Positions 27,996 to 38,445 of a DNA stretch of 61,195 bases are shown here, piece by piece. The position numbers and the translations under genes are program-made. Within the stretch, counting starts at the first letter, position 1. Each line of letters opens with the position of its first letter. Source of the stretch: Chloroflexota bacterium. Its GTDB lineage: Bacteria; Chloroflexota; Dehalococcoidia; SZUA-161. Location: contig JAJYLC010000003.1 of the NCBI GenBank assembly GCA_021787935.1, forward strand, positions 1-61,195, read 5' to 3'. The notes under the pieces are model-generated. The model saw only the letters and a list, made by a program, of their open reading frames with translations. It was not told the DNA's origin and did not search any database.

Positions 27996-28650
27996 CCAGC
28001 ATCTGACCTGTCGGGCAAATTTTTAGCAGCACACACTCGCGGCACCTGGGACGCTGCGCCTTGCATATTCTTCTTCCATGCTCAATCATCAGAATATGGA
28101 ACCGGTAGACATCCCTGGCGGGAACTATACCGCCCAGAATCTCGTGCGCCTTCTCCGCCGAGACTCTTGAGTCGATGAGTCCCAGCCTCTGGGCCACCCG
28201 GTGGATATGTGTGTCCACAGGCAGCACAGGCTTTCCCAGAGAGAACAGCAGCACGCAGGCAGCAGTCTTGGGCCCCACCCCGGGCAAGCTCTGCAACCAT
28301 GCTTTTGAATCAGCAATAGGCAATTTCTTGAGAAACCCTAAGTCGAGCGAGCCTCTCTGAGACTGAATCTGTTCGAGAATATTCTTAATCCTGGGAGCCT
28401 TGACCCGGGCCAGGCCGCCAAGTTTTATAGCTTCCGCTATATCCTCCACGCTGCCCCCGGCCACAGCCTCCCAGCTTCCGAATCTGCTGAGCAGAGAGTC
28501 AAAGGCACGCCTGGAATTATGGTCCGAGGTGTTCTGCGAGAGGATAGTCATGATGAGCTCTGAGAGGGGGTCGGTACGGGAGCGCCAGGTTACGCTGCCG
28601 TATTGCTTTGCCAGCAACTGTATAATCTGAGCGATGCTCAACGGGCTCAT
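27967..28650 (-). CDS. nth: Endonuclease III-family HhH-GPD DNA glycosylase
   Basis: HhH motif (LPGVGPKTAACVLLF), VDTHIHRV, and a C-terminal FeS Cys cluster (CKAQRPRCRECVLLKICP). Confidence 0.8.
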   Translation of the reverse strand: MSPLSIAQIIQLLAKQYGSVTWRSRTDPLSELIMTILSQNTSDHNSRRAFDSLLSRFGSWEAVAGGSVEDIAEAIKLGGLARVKAPRIKNILEQIQSQRGSLDLGFLKKLPIADSKAWLQSLPGVGPKTAACVLLFSLGKPVLPVDTHIHRVAQRLGLIDSRVSAEKAHEILGGIVPARDVYRFHILMIEHGRRICKAQRPRCRECVLLKICPTGQMLVEAEYEQGR

Positions 28651-29267
28651 CCTGCAGCCAGGCTCTTCAGATGGCAGGTGTCATTGACCAGCATCACCAG
28701 GGGAGAACCGTCCCTGATCTCGAAGATGTTGATGGCGTTCACGTCCTGCCTCACCTGCCAGAAATGGGAGTTGTCCAGACCCAGCATGGCGCACATCAGT
28801 ACCTGGCACACCATTTTGTGAGAGACCAGGATAACAGTCTGATCCTTGTGCTTAACTGCAAGCTGTTCCACTGCAGGGACTACCCTTTGCCGGACATCCT
28901 GCAAGCCTTCTCCTCCGGGGAAACGGACTTTGTGAGGCTGCTCGAGCCAGAGTCTGTAAAGGTCACCATACTGCTTCGTTGCCTCCTCGGCGGAGAGGCC
29001 CTGAAAGCTGCCGAAATCCAGGTCGATAAGCCCCTCAAAAGGCTGGACCGGGAGCTTGAGCTGACTGGCAAGAATGTCGGCTGTTTCGATAGTGCGCTTC
29101 ATGGGGCTGGAATAGATAGCTGCTATCTGCTCACCCTTCAGCCTGAGCGCCGCAGCCTCGGCCTGTCTCCTCCCCGTCTCATCTAATAATAAATCCGCCC
29201 TGCCGCGAAACCTCTCCACACGGTTCCACTCCGTCTGTCCATGCCTTACCAGGATAAAACGAGTCAA
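28647..29267 (-). CDS. Histidine phosphatase (phosphoglycerate mutase-family) protein
   Basis: N-terminal RHGQTEWN catalytic motif. Length 206 aa. Confidence 0.8.
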   Translation of the reverse strand: MTRFILVRHGQTEWNRVERFRGRADLLLDETGRRQAEAAALRLKGEQIAAIYSSPMKRTIETADILASQLKLPVQPFEGLIDLDFGSFQGLSAEEATKQYGDLYRLWLEQPHKVRFPGGEGLQDVRQRVVPAVEQLAVKHKDQTVILVSHKMVCQVLMCAMLGLDNSHFWQVRQDVNAINIFEIRDGSPLVMLVNDTCHLKSLAAG

Positions 29268-30889
29268 TCCGACCTCCTGGCCAGTTTTTTTGGAGAAGCT
29301 AAGCCGTAGCGCAGCAGCCAGTACTCCAGGCTGTCTGCGAGGGCTATCCAGCTTGCCTCGATGATATTAGTGGAGCTGCCCACCGTGCGCCAGTCGTGCT
29401 TGCCATCGCTGGACTCTATAAGCACCCTCACCTGAGACTTAGTGCCATCGCTTTCCTCGAGGATGCGCACCTTATAGTCCATCAGCTTCACTGCCGACAG
29501 GCTGGGATAAAACTGCAGCAGCGTCTTACGCAGTGCAGCATCAAGGGCATTGACCGGACCGTTGCCCTCGGCTACGGTATGAATTACCTCGCCCTTAACC
29601 CTGACCTTGACCATTGCCTCTGAAAGCATATCCTCCATGCGGTCTGAAACGATAGGGGTGCGGCGATGTTTCTCGACCACAACCATAAAATCCACCAACT
29701 CGAAAGGCGGCCGGTAATCCGGGGCAGTGCGCCTGACCAAAAGCTCGAACGAAGCCTCAGCGCCTTCGTATTGAAACCCCTGATTCTCCAGGGTCTTAAC
29801 CTGTTCCAGTATTGCTCTCGCCCGCTCACCCTGGGGGATATCCAGCCCTAACTCCCTAGACTTATAGGTGATGTTGCTCAAGCCGGATAGCTCTGAGACT
29901 AGAACCCGGCTGCGGTTGCCTACCAGGTCAGGATCGATGTGCTGATAGCTCTCCTCGTGCTTCACCAGCCCCGAGACATGGAGTCCGGCTTTATGGGTGA
30001 AGGCGCTGGCCCCCACATAGGGAAGATGCGGATCGGGGATAATGTTGGCAAGCTCACTTACATAGCGAGAGACATCTGTCAGTCTGGCCAGATTCTCATC
30101 GCTGATGCAGTCGAGGCCCATTTTGAGCTTGAGCGCAGGGATAATAGAGCAAAGGTTAGCGTTGCCGCTGCGCTCCCCGTAGCCGTTGATGGTCCCCTGA
30201 ACTTGAATAGCACCCGCCTCGACAGCAGCCAGGGTATTCGCTACCGCCAGTTCGCCATCGTTGTGAGCGTGGATGCCCAGAGGGATACCCACCTTTTTCG
30301 CCGCTTTGACTGCGACGGTTATCTCGTCAGGAAGTGTACCGCCGTTGGTGTCACAGAGCACGGTGCACTCTGCCCCAGCCTCAGCGGCAGCCTCGATGGT
30401 GCGCAGGGCATACCCGGGATTCCTCTTGTACCCATCGAAGAAATGCTCAGCATCGAAGAAAACAGACTGGCCGCCCGACTTTATGTAACGGACAGAATCA
30501 GCGATCATCCTCAGATTTTCTTTAAGGGTGGTCTGCAGCACACCGGTGACATGCAGGTCCCAGGACTTCCCTACCAGGGTGACAACCCTTGCCCCCGACT
30601 CCTTCAGGGCACCTAGATTGGAATTGCTTTCGGCTCCGGCATTGGGACGTCGGGTGCTGCCAAAGGCGACCAGCGTAGCACGTCCCAGATTGAGACCCCG
30701 GGCGCGTGTGAAGAACTCCGCATCCTTGGGGTTGGAACCGGGCCAGCCGCCTTCGATAAAATGTATGCCTATCTCACTTAGGCGTTTAGTAATCTTGAGT
30801 TTATCCTCGACAGAGAAGGATATGCCCGCACGCTGCGCCCCATCTCGAAGAGTGGTATCGTATAGCTGAATTTTCAGTTTTTTAGCCAC
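29264..30889 (-). CDS. cimA: Citramalate synthase / 2-isopropylmalate synthase-family enzyme
   Basis: LYDTTLRDGAQ, HAHND, and a LeuA-dimer-type C-terminal domain. The GTG at 30889 gives a normal N-terminus. The longer listed ORF (to 31024) runs through repeat sequence. Confidence 0.75.
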   Translation of the reverse strand: MAKKLKIQLYDTTLRDGAQRAGISFSVEDKLKITKRLSEIGIHFIEGGWPGSNPKDAEFFTRARGLNLGRATLVAFGSTRRPNAGAESNSNLGALKESGARVVTLVGKSWDLHVTGVLQTTLKENLRMIADSVRYIKSGGQSVFFDAEHFFDGYKRNPGYALRTIEAAAEAGAECTVLCDTNGGTLPDEITVAVKAAKKVGIPLGIHAHNDGELAVANTLAAVEAGAIQVQGTINGYGERSGNANLCSIIPALKLKMGLDCISDENLARLTDVSRYVSELANIIPDPHLPYVGASAFTHKAGLHVSGLVKHEESYQHIDPDLVGNRSRVLVSELSGLSNITYKSRELGLDIPQGERARAILEQVKTLENQGFQYEGAEASFELLVRRTAPDYRPPFELVDFMVVVEKHRRTPIVSDRMEDMLSEAMVKVRVKGEVIHTVAEGNGPVNALDAALRKTLLQFYPSLSAVKLMDYKVRILEESDGTKSQVRVLIESSDGKHDWRTVGSSTNIIEASWIALADSLEYWLLRYGLASPKKLARRSD

Positions 30890-30947
30890 TGTACTTCCAA
30901 TTCCGCCTGAAGATTTATTGTAAAGTATAGCATAAGGTTGGGCTAGT

Positions 30948-31010
30948 GTCATTGCGAGCGAAGACACAGAAACGTAGTAGGGGCAGGTTGGCAACCTGCC
31001 CCTACTACGT
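30948..31010. repeat. Half 'tcattgcgag' module plus a perfect 18-bp hairpin
   Basis: gtcattgcgagcgaag at 30948-30963. Stem acgtagtaggggcaggtt (30972-30989) pairs with aacctgcccctactacgt (30993-31010), loop ggc. Confidence 0.85.
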
Positions 31011-31026
31011 TTTGCCTGCCTCACAC

Positions 31027-31054
31027 TTGACGGAACGGCGAGCGCTGATATAAT
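31027..31054 (+). promoter_or_regulatory. Sigma-70-like promoter for rsmD-coaD
   Basis: TTGACG, 16-nt spacer, TATAAT with an upstream TG (ctgatataat). It lies about 18 nt before the rsmD start. Confidence 0.5.
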
Positions 31055-31071
31055 AGAAAATTGGCACGATA

Positions 31072-31632
31072 GTGATGAGGGTAATTGCAGGCAAAGCTAA
31101 AGGACATCGTCTGAAAACGCTGAAAAGTTCAGTACTCCGTCCTACATCTGACCTGCTCCGAGGTGCAATTTTTAATATGCTGGAATCCACAGCTACCGAT
31201 TGGTCAAGGGTACTGGACCTTTACGCCGGCACCGGTGCTCTCGGTATTGAAGCACTGAGCCGCGGCGCCGAATGGACGGATTTTGTGGAAAAGAACCCCA
31301 GATTGTGTGCTCTTATTAAAGAGAACCTCGAACATACGGGACTCAGGGAACAGGCGGCCGTTTACTGCGTGACCGCTAAAAAAGCCCTATCTATCCTTAA
31401 AGAGAGATACGGTATACTATTTCTGGATCCTCCCTACGCTGACCCTTCTCTTGCCACCGCTACGGAGCAACTTTCCTGCTCAAGCCTGGTTGGAGAGGAC
31501 TCTACCATAGTCATTGAACACTCCCGGCGTGTTCCCATGAAGGAAAGATACGGGGATTTTAAGCAAGTCAAGAGCCTGCGCCATGGCGATAGCTGTGTCT
31601 CTGTCTACCAATACTCTGGGGGCCAGTCTTGA
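31072..31632 (+). CDS. rsmD: 16S rRNA (guanine966-N2)-methyltransferase RsmD
   Basis: RVIAGKAKGHRLK start, SAM motif LDLYAGTGALGIEALSRGA, and DPPY. Confidence 0.85.
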   Translation: MMRVIAGKAKGHRLKTLKSSVLRPTSDLLRGAIFNMLESTATDWSRVLDLYAGTGALGIEALSRGAEWTDFVEKNPRLCALIKENLEHTGLREQAAVYCVTAKKALSILKERYGILFLDPPYADPSLATATEQLSCSSLVGEDSTIVIEHSRRVPMKERYGDFKQVKSLRHGDSCVSVYQYSGGQS

Positions 31633-32129
31633 CCAGTGCTATTTACCCCGGTAGTTTCGACCCCGTGACAAACGGACATCTCGATATAGCTAATAGAGCC
31701 GCTGCCCTTTTCGATGAGCTGATCATAGGTGTATACGATAGGCCGTCGAAGCACCTGCTGTTCAGCACCGGGGAAAGGGTCGACTTGATGAAGAAGGCGG
31801 TTGCCCATCTGCGCAATGTACGTGTAGCGTCCTATAACGGCCTGACCGTTGATTTCGCTCGCAAGATGAAAGCCAAGGTGATGGTGCGCGGGTTGAGGAT
31901 GAGCTCTGATTTCGAGCGAGAGTTTGAGATGGCACTGATGAACAAAAAGTTGGATCATGATATAGAACTGGTCTGTCTTATGACCAGCCTCGAGTTTCAG
32001 TTTCTCAGCTCCAGTTTGCTCAAAGAGGTCTTCGAGCTGGGTGGAGACATCAGCGCTCTCGTTCCCAAGGACGTTGCCATTGCCTTGAAAGAGAAATTCC
32101 CGGAAACACGAAAACGGGACGGGAAATAA
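31629..32129 (+). CDS. coaD: Phosphopantetheine adenylyltransferase
   Basis: [17 protein letters not shown] motif. TTG start overlaps the rsmD stop, the conserved rsmD-coaD pairing. Confidence 0.85.
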   Translation: MTSAIYPGSFDPVTNGHLDIANRAAALFDELIIGVYDRPSKHLLFSTGERVDLMKKAVAHLRNVRVASYNGLTVDFARKMKAKVMVRGLRMSSDFEREFEMALMNKKLDHDIELVCLMTSLEFQFLSSSLLKEVFELGGDISALVPKDVAIALKEKFPETRKRDGK

Positions 32130-32164
32130 AGAGTGGCCAAGAACATTATTTAGGAGGAAGAGAA

Positions 32165-32410
32165 ATGGCCTATAAGATCACCGAAGAGTGCATCAGTTGT
32201 GGCGCCTGCGAGCCTGAATGCCCCAACCAGGCGATCAGCGAAGGCGAGAAAGTCTATGTCATCGACTTCAACAGATGCACTGAGTGCGTGGGTGCCTACG
32301 ACTCATCCAAATGCAAAGAGGTATGCCCGGTCGATGCCTGCGTCCCCGACGAGGCCCATAAGGAAACCAAAGAGCAACTGCTTGCAAAGTATAAGAAGCT
32401 GCATCCCTAG
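32165..32410 (+). CDS. 2x[4Fe-4S]-type ferredoxin
   Basis: [12 protein letters not shown] and CTECVG...[10 protein letters not shown] motifs. Confidence 0.85.
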   Translation: MAYKITEECISCGACEPECPNQAISEGEKVYVIDFNRCTECVGAYDSSKCKEVCPVDACVPDEAHKETKEQLLAKYKKLHP

Positions 32411-32749
32411 GGATTCAGTTCTGAGACATTGGCTGTTTGTTAATCAGGTGAGTATATATTAGCACTGCCACCTTCTTGCTTTGCTCCAGCAGCCATCGAA
32501 CTTTATCGCCGCCCAATCAGAGGGTAAGATGTGGAGTTCCAGCCTGGCTTATTCAGTGTAGCTTTTTGCTGCACTGAATAAGTAGCTCTGGAAATCGCGA
32601 CCGTTCAATCACCATCGCTTCCATACCTGCCACGTGAGTTCTTGTTCAGAGTATCACCATGTCCTTACTTCTGATATAATGCCTTCAGAGCTAAACTCAA
32701 GGTAATTCAACCTTGCGCTGAGCCAAGGGTCTTAAATTACCAGAAAACC

Positions 32750-35473
32750 ATGCCAAGTCAAAAACCACTGCTTCTGCTTTTCGACGGGCACGCCCTGGTG
32801 CACCGCGCCTTCCATGCGCTGCCCCCGCTTTCGCTGCCCAAGACCGGCGAGCCCACCGGAGCGGTCTATGGCTTTGCCAGCATGCTGCTCAAGATTCTGG
32901 CAGAGCTCAAGCCAACCCATTGGGCTATGACACTGGATAGCCCGGGCCCGACCTTCAGACACGAAAAGTTTGAGGAGTACAAAGCGCACCGACCTCCGGC
33001 CCCGGATGAACTCAAAATCCAGTTCTCCAGAGTGAAAGAGCTAATCAAAGCATTCAACATGCCCTCCTTCGAGGTGCCCGGCTACGAGGCTGACGACATA
33101 ATCGGCACTATCTCCAAAAAAGCCAGCGAGCAGGGCATCGACATTATTATCGTAACCGGCGACACCGACACGCTGCAGCTAGTCTCGCCGCACGTTCGCG
33201 TGCTCACCCCTAAACCGGGAAGGCCATTCAGCGATACCGTTATTTACGATGAAGCAGCGGTGCAGCAGCGCTACGAACTCTCCCCCGATAAACTTCCTGA
33301 TTTCAAAGGGCTTAAAGGCGATCCCTCGGATAATATCCCCGGGGTGCGCGGCATCGGTGAGAAGACCGCCACAAAGCTGATACAGGCCTTCGGCAGCATC
33401 GAAGGTATTTACCAGCATATAAATGAGGTAACGCCGCCTAAAACCCAGGAGGCACTGCGGCAGAACGAGCGGGATGCACGGCAGAGCAAAGAGCTCGCCA
33501 CTATAGACACGGATGTGCCTATCGATTTCGACCTGGAGGCCTGTCACGTCAGCACCTACGAGCGGAGCAAGGTGGCTGAGCTATTCCGCGAGCTTGAATT
33601 CTCCAGCCTGCTTCCCAAGCTGCCTCAGACTATAGCTGGGGAGGAGAATCCTGCCCCGGTAATGGAGCAAGTCAGCAAAATAGAAACTGACTACCAGATT
33701 GTTGATACTGCCGAGGCTCTCGACAAAGTGGTCAGCGCCTTATCCCGTGCCGAATCCTTTGTCTTCGATACAGAGACAACAAGCCAGAATCCCAGACAGG
33801 CCTCGCTGGTGGGCATCTCCCTGTCCATTACGCCAGGGAAGGCCTGGTATTTGCCAGTCGGTCATTCTTCAGGAAATCCGTTGCCCATCGAGCAAGTCAT
33901 AGACAAGCTCAAACCGCTCCTGGAAAACTCTAAGCTGCCCAAGGTAGCCCATAACGGCAAATACGACATGACCGTGCTCCAGAAATACCTGGTAAATGTG
34001 CAGAATCTCAGCTTTGACACTATGATAGCCGCATACTTATTGGGCGAAAAGTCGCTGGGACTTAAGCCGCTGGCTTTCTCCAAGCTGGGCATCGAGATGA
34101 CGCCGATAACCAATCTTATTGGGTGCGGGGCCAAACAGATTTCCATGGCCTGGGTTGACATACCGAAGGTGTCGGAATACGCCTGCACTGATGCCGATAT
34201 GACCATCAGGCTGAGCAAGCTGCTGGAGAAGGAGCTCAAGGCTCAGGAGCTGTGGAAGCTGTTCGCTGAAGTTGAGATGCCTTTGCTGCCAGTGCTGCTG
34301 CGCATGGAGACTAACGGAGTGGCCCTGGATACTGCCAGGCTGCGCGAGATGTCGTGGAGCATGAGCGAGCGGATGGCCAAACTGGAGAACGAGATATACA
34401 AAGATGTGGGCCATGCGTTCAACATAAACTCGACTCAGCAGTTGGGGCAAATACTTTACGAAGAGCTTAAACTCCCTAAAGCGAGGAAAACCAAGAGCGG
34501 CTACTCTACAGAGGCATCGGTACTGGAAGCGCTCAAAGGGGCGCACCCCGTTATTGAGCTTCTGCTTGAGTACCGGCAGTTGGCCAAGCTGAAGTCCACC
34601 TATATTGATGCCCTCCCCGCGCTTATCGACCCCGACACCGGCAGGGTACATACCAGCTTCAACCAGACAGGCACTGTCACCGGCAGGCTGTCCTCGAGCG
34701 ACCCCAATCTGCAAAACATCCCGATTCGCACCGAGGAGGGAAGACAGGTCAGAAAAGCGTTCATCGCCGAGAAGGAGACCTCTCTGCTCCTCGCCGCCGA
34801 TTACTCCCAGATAGACTTGCGAGCCCTGGCACATCTGTCTCATGACCCCAAGCTGGTAGCCGCTTTCCAGCAGGGCGAGGATATCCATGCCGCTACCGCA
34901 TCACAGGTGTTCGGCGTCCCGCCGTCGGAAGTTACCAGGGACATGAGGCGCCTGGCCAAGACGGTCAACTTCGGCGTTATCTATGGCATGAGCGAGTACG
35001 GGCTGGAGCAGGCCACCGAGCTCTCTCGGGAGCAGGCAGCGCAGTTCATTAAGTCCTATTTCGAGAAATACAGCGGGGTTAAGGAATATCTGAACCATAC
35101 CAAAAAAGAGGCAGTGCAAAATGGCTACGTACAGACCCTGCTGGGCCGAAGGCGCTATATCCCCGAGATTAACTCTCCCAACGCCCAGGTGAGAATGGCA
35201 GCGGAGCGCATGGCGATAAATATGCCTGTGCAGGGTACCTCTGCCGATATTATCAAGGTGGCGATGATACAGCTTCAACACGAGATGGACAGGCTGGGGC
35301 TGGAGGCAAAGATGATTCTCCAGGTGCACGACGAGTTGCTTTTTGAGCTTCCTCGTAAAGAAGAGCGAAAGCTGAGGGAGCTGGTGCTCGAGATAATGCC
35401 CAGCGCAATCAAGCTCAGCGTCCCCGTCAAGGTAGACATCAAGACAGGCAAAAGCTGGGGGGATATGGAGTAG
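32750..35473 (+). CDS. polA: DNA polymerase I
   Basis: Has a 5'-nuclease domain, a 3'-5' exo-like domain and polymerase motifs (DYSQIDLR, RRLAKTVNFGVIYG, QVHDEL). Confidence 0.95.
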   Translation: MPSQKPLLLLFDGHALVHRAFHALPPLSLPKTGEPTGAVYGFASMLLKILAELKPTHWAMTLDSPGPTFRHEKFEEYKAHRPPAPDELKIQFSRVKELIKAFNMPSFEVPGYEADDIIGTISKKASEQGIDIIIVTGDTDTLQLVSPHVRVLTPKPGRPFSDTVIYDEAAVQQRYELSPDKLPDFKGLKGDPSDNIPGVRGIGEKTATKLIQAFGSIEGIYQHINEVTPPKTQEALRQNERDARQSKELATIDTDVPIDFDLEACHVSTYERSKVAELFRELEFSSLLPKLPQTIAGEENPAPVMEQVSKIETDYQIVDTAEALDKVVSALSRAESFVFDTETTSQNPRQASLVGISLSITPGKAWYLPVGHSSGNPLPIEQVIDKLKPLLENSKLPKVAHNGKYDMTVLQKYLVNVQNLSFDTMIAAYLLGEKSLGLKPLAFSKLGIEMTPITNLIGCGAKQISMAWVDIPKVSEYACTDADMTIRLSKLLEKELKAQELWKLFAEVEMPLLPVLLRMETNGVALDTARLREMSWSMSERMAKLENEIYKDVGHAFNINSTQQLGQILYEELKLPKARKTKSGYSTEASVLEALKGAHPVIELLLEYRQLAKLKSTYIDALPALIDPDTGRVHTSFNQTGTVTGRLSSSDPNLQNIPIRTEEGRQVRKAFIAEKETSLLLAADYSQIDLRALAHLSHDPKLVAAFQQGEDIHAATASQVFGVPPSEVTRDMRRLAKTVNFGVIYGMSEYGLEQATELSREQAAQFIKSYFEKYSGVKEYLNHTKKEAVQNGYVQTLLGRRRYIPEINSPNAQVRMAAERMAINMPVQGTSADIIKVAMIQLQHEMDRLGLEAKMILQVHDELLFELPRKEERKLRELVLEIMPSAIKLSVPVKVDIKTGKSWGDME

Positions 35474-35477
35474 AAAA

Positions 35478-36314
35478 TTGCCTGAGTTGCCCGAAGTCGA
35501 GACCATTGTAAATGACCTGCGGCCCGGTCTGAAAGGCCGCAGTTTCACCGATATAACCATCCTCTGGCCCCGAATGGTGCTCCGGCCCTCGGCCGAAGAG
35601 TTGCGACAGCGACTACCCGGCCAGACTATCCAGGATATAGGCCGGAGGGGTAAATATCTTATCTTCCGTCTTGCCAGCGGCGAAGTACTGATACTACATC
35701 TCAGGATGACCGGCTCGCTGCTGCTCAAGCAAAAAGGCGAGCCACTCGCTAAGAATAGTTCCTATATAAGAGCGGTTTTCGGCCTGGACGATGGCATGGA
35801 GCTGTTATTTAACGACCGGCGTAAGCTTGGTACGGTCTCGCTGGTAAAGGACGAAAAAGAGGTAATCGGTAAGCTCGGCCCCGAGCCGCTCGGTGCCAGC
35901 TTCACCGCAAAGGAGCTGGCAGAACGGCTGAGCAAGCACAAAGCGCCTATCAAGGCAGTTCTCTGCGACCAGGAGGTCATCGCCGGCATCGGCAACATGT
36001 ATGCTGATGAGGCGCTGTTCTTCGCCAATATCCATCCTCTGAGGGCAGCCAACAGCCTTTCCCCTGAAGAAATAGAGAGGCTGTATCGAGCTATACAAAA
36101 GGTGCTTTCCAAAGCCATCGGCAACGGCGGCGCCAGCATCAGCGACTACCGCCGTCCCACAGGTGAAAAGGGAAGTCAACAGAATGATTTTTATGTAGCA
36201 CATAGGGGTGGCCAAACCTGCAAGGTTTGTGCCACCCCTATCGAACGCATTCCAGTGCGCAACCGGGGCACCTATTTCTGCCCCAGGTGTCAGCGCCCTC
36301 CTACTGGTTCTTGA
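35478..36314 (+). CDS. mutM: Formamidopyrimidine-DNA glycosylase
   Basis: (M)PELPEVE N-terminus and a C-terminal zinc finger CKVCATPIERIPVRNRGTYFCPRCQ. Confidence 0.9.
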   Translation: MPELPEVETIVNDLRPGLKGRSFTDITILWPRMVLRPSAEELRQRLPGQTIQDIGRRGKYLIFRLASGEVLILHLRMTGSLLLKQKGEPLAKNSSYIRAVFGLDDGMELLFNDRRKLGTVSLVKDEKEVIGKLGPEPLGASFTAKELAERLSKHKAPIKAVLCDQEVIAGIGNMYADEALFFANIHPLRAANSLSPEEIERLYRAIQKVLSKAIGNGGASISDYRRPTGEKGSQQNDFYVAHRGGQTCKVCATPIERIPVRNRGTYFCPRCQRPPTGS

Positions 36315-37077
36315 AGTTAGGCCTCCTCTTCTCCCTGAGCGCCGCTGCGCCTTCTTGAGTATCTTCCATGCCTTTCAGGTTCTGTTCCAGGGCCTGTCCG
36401 AAAGCCCGGCCCAGCTTGGGCTCCATATAAGCACCGCGCTTGATAATCTCTTTAAAGTTCCACACCGCTCGAGGCGCCAGATAAAGCATGCGTTCTGCCC
36501 AACTCATTGCTTCTTCCATAAGCTTCTCCGCCGGCACAACTCTGTTGTAGAACCCCATTTCGTAGGCGCGCTGCGCGTTGACCCTCCTGTCACCCCAGAG
36601 CACCATCTCCATGGCATGGCCCAAATGTAAATGGAGATGCAGGTCACGCACCCAGCTTGCCGGCATGTTCCTCATGGCCTCGGCTATGCCGAACTCGGCG
36701 TTCTCGGCAGCGATGCGGATATCGCAGTCATGAGCGATGAGAGCGCCTCCGGCAATGCAGTGCCCGTTGAGAGCAGCGATGGTCGGCTTCCAGACATCCT
36801 CCGGACCGAAGGCGGGAATCCGGAACGGGCCGGGCCTCACCATCTTGGGCGGGGTGAGCAGGTCAGCCCCGGCGCAGAATACCCTGCTGCCAGCGCCGGT
36901 AATTACTGCCACACGGGCACCATCATCATCCTGATATGCCTTCCAGGTATCCTCGAGGTCATACATCATATCGAGGGTGAGTGAATTTGCCCTATCGGCA
37001 CGGTTGATAGTGATAACCCATATTTTGCCATCTTCCTTCTTGTCGACAACTATCTCCTTCTGTTCTTCGGCCGACAT
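36301..37077 (-). CDS. Enoyl-CoA hydratase/isomerase family protein
   Basis: Crotonase motifs VFCAGADL and PTIAALNGHCIAGG. Confidence 0.8.
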   Translation of the reverse strand: MSAEEQKEIVVDKKEDGKIWVITINRADRANSLTLDMMYDLEDTWKAYQDDDGARVAVITGAGSRVFCAGADLLTPPKMVRPGPFRIPAFGPEDVWKPTIAALNGHCIAGGALIAHDCDIRIAAENAEFGIAEAMRNMPASWVRDLHLHLHLGHAMEMVLWGDRRVNAQRAYEMGFYNRVVPAEKLMEEAMSWAERMLYLAPRAVWNFKEIIKRGAYMEPKLGRAFGQALEQNLKGMEDTQEGAAALREKRRPNFKNQ

Positions 37078-37153
37078 CTCCTATTTTCCCTCCTATAAAG
37101 AGCATTTCCGAGGCATTATTATAATCGTGGCCGGCTATCGGCGTCAATCTGTC

Positions 37154-37181
37154 GTAGGGGCGTTCAATTGAACGCCCCTAC
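37154..37181. repeat. Perfect 28-nt GC-rich palindrome
   Basis: gtaggggcgttcaa|ttgaacgcccctac. Same style as hairpins at 21544-21575, 23101-23125 and 30972-31010. Confidence 0.8.
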
Positions 37182-37221
37182 AGTTGACGTACCACCCCTG
37201 AGTGCTAAAATAGGCTTGCTC

Positions 37222-38004
37222 ATGAACCACAAAATAGACTATTCCCTGCTCGACCAGCCGCAGATCCTCCAGTTCGTGTTCTATCCCAGGGAGGACTACT
37301 CACCACCGCCGCGCAACGCCGTAGACCATTCGGTGCCTGTGCAAAAAGACACCTCCATAGGCTGCCGCTTCTATCCCACAAGTAAAAGCGCCCCATCCAT
37401 ACTATATTTTCACGGCAACGGCGAGGTGGTCTCCGACTATGACGATGTCGCCCCTTTTTACAACAGGTTAGACATCAACCTGTTTGTGGCGGATTACCGC
37501 GGCTACGGCCGGAGCGACGGCACGCCCTCTTTCTCCAACACAGTTGCGGATTCACATGTCGTCTTCAAGTATTTTCGTGATACCCTGAAAAAGGCAGGCT
37601 ACACAGGCTCCCTCTTCGTCATGGGCAGGTCTCTGGGCAGCCTTTCGGCAACAGAACTGGCAGCCAGCTATCCTGCAGATTTAAAGGGTTTAATCATTGA
37701 GAGCGGTTTCGCCAGCGCAGGTAAATTTCTGAGATATCTGGATACCTTCTCATCTTTTACGCGGCTGGACGAATTCGAAAAAGCGAACCTGGATAAGCTC
37801 CGCTCCATCACTATCCCCATCTTGATAATCCATGGCGAGTGGGACGAGATTATCCCGTTTGAGCAGGCGGAGATTTTCTATCAGAACGTGGGCTCGAAAG
37901 ACAAGAAGCTGCTGCGTATCCCTCACGCAGGCCACAACGACATCATGCCGGTGGGAATGGAGCAATACTTCCAGGCCATCAAAGAGTTCGTGTCCCCACT
38001 GTAG
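37222..38004 (+). CDS. Alpha/beta hydrolase
   Basis: Nucleophile elbow GRSLGS and HG..D.. near the C-terminus. The ATG at 37222 is preferred because the TTG at 37168 lies inside the palindrome. Confidence 0.7.
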   Translation: MNHKIDYSLLDQPQILQFVFYPREDYSPPPRNAVDHSVPVQKDTSIGCRFYPTSKSAPSILYFHGNGEVVSDYDDVAPFYNRLDINLFVADYRGYGRSDGTPSFSNTVADSHVVFKYFRDTLKKAGYTGSLFVMGRSLGSLSATELAASYPADLKGLIIESGFASAGKFLRYLDTFSSFTRLDEFEKANLDKLRSITIPILIIHGEWDEIIPFEQAEIFYQNVGSKDKKLLRIPHAGHNDIMPVGMEQYFQAIKEFVSPL

Positions 38005-38362
38005 CGTCGTGACTCCCGTCACGAATCATCGGGACACCACGAAGGATGAAAATATGGTGCCATTCTGAGGAGTCCTTCGAAGAAGGACGACCGAAGAATC
38101 TCGGACTATAGGGTGAAGCTGAATACGAGATTCTTCGCTAAAGCTCAGAATGACATTTACTCATCCTTCTATTTTCAAAGCAATGACATAAACCTCCTTC
38201 ACGGCCAGCTTTTTCAGGGTAGCCTGGAGCGGGTGCTCCAGGCCCAGGTCGGAGCAGGTGCTCCGACCTACCCATCGTAAGGGCGAGGTGACCTCGCCCT
38301 TGTAGCGTCGTGACTCCCGTCCACGACGTAGGACTTCGTCGCCACGGGAGTGGCAATGCTAT
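38001..38362. repeat. Mosaic of intergenic repeat modules (locus 2)
   Basis: 38001-38024 half double-hairpin; 38035-38055 caccacgaaggatgaaaatat; 38059-38154 96-bp nested palindrome ('tcattctgag' type); 38169-38192 ctattttcaaagcaatgacataaa; 38217-38273 double hairpin; 38281-38299 hairpin; 38302-38362 double-hairpin repeat. Confidence 0.85.
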
Positions 38363-38413
38363 ATTCTGTTTGTGCTTAAAATCACAATGTTATTTGCCCC
38401 TCAGTGCTCAAGA

Positions 38414-38422
38414 TGCTATAAT
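38414..38422 (+). promoter_or_regulatory. Extended -10 box (TGCTATAAT) upstream of module 1
   Basis: The string caagatgctataat is shared exactly with 41288-41301. It lies about 24 nt before the start codon. Confidence 0.45.
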
Positions 38423-38445
38423 TTTTTACGACGAAAGGAGGAACA

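Noticed and set aside
30890-31024. N-terminal extension of the citramalate synthase ORF (start at 31024 or 30952).
   Set aside because: The extension translates the repeat/hairpin region (30948-31010) and would add 20-45 residues before the conserved LYDTTLRDG. The GTG at 30889 gives the usual N-terminus, and a TGCTATACT box (minus strand, 30924-30932) sits in between.
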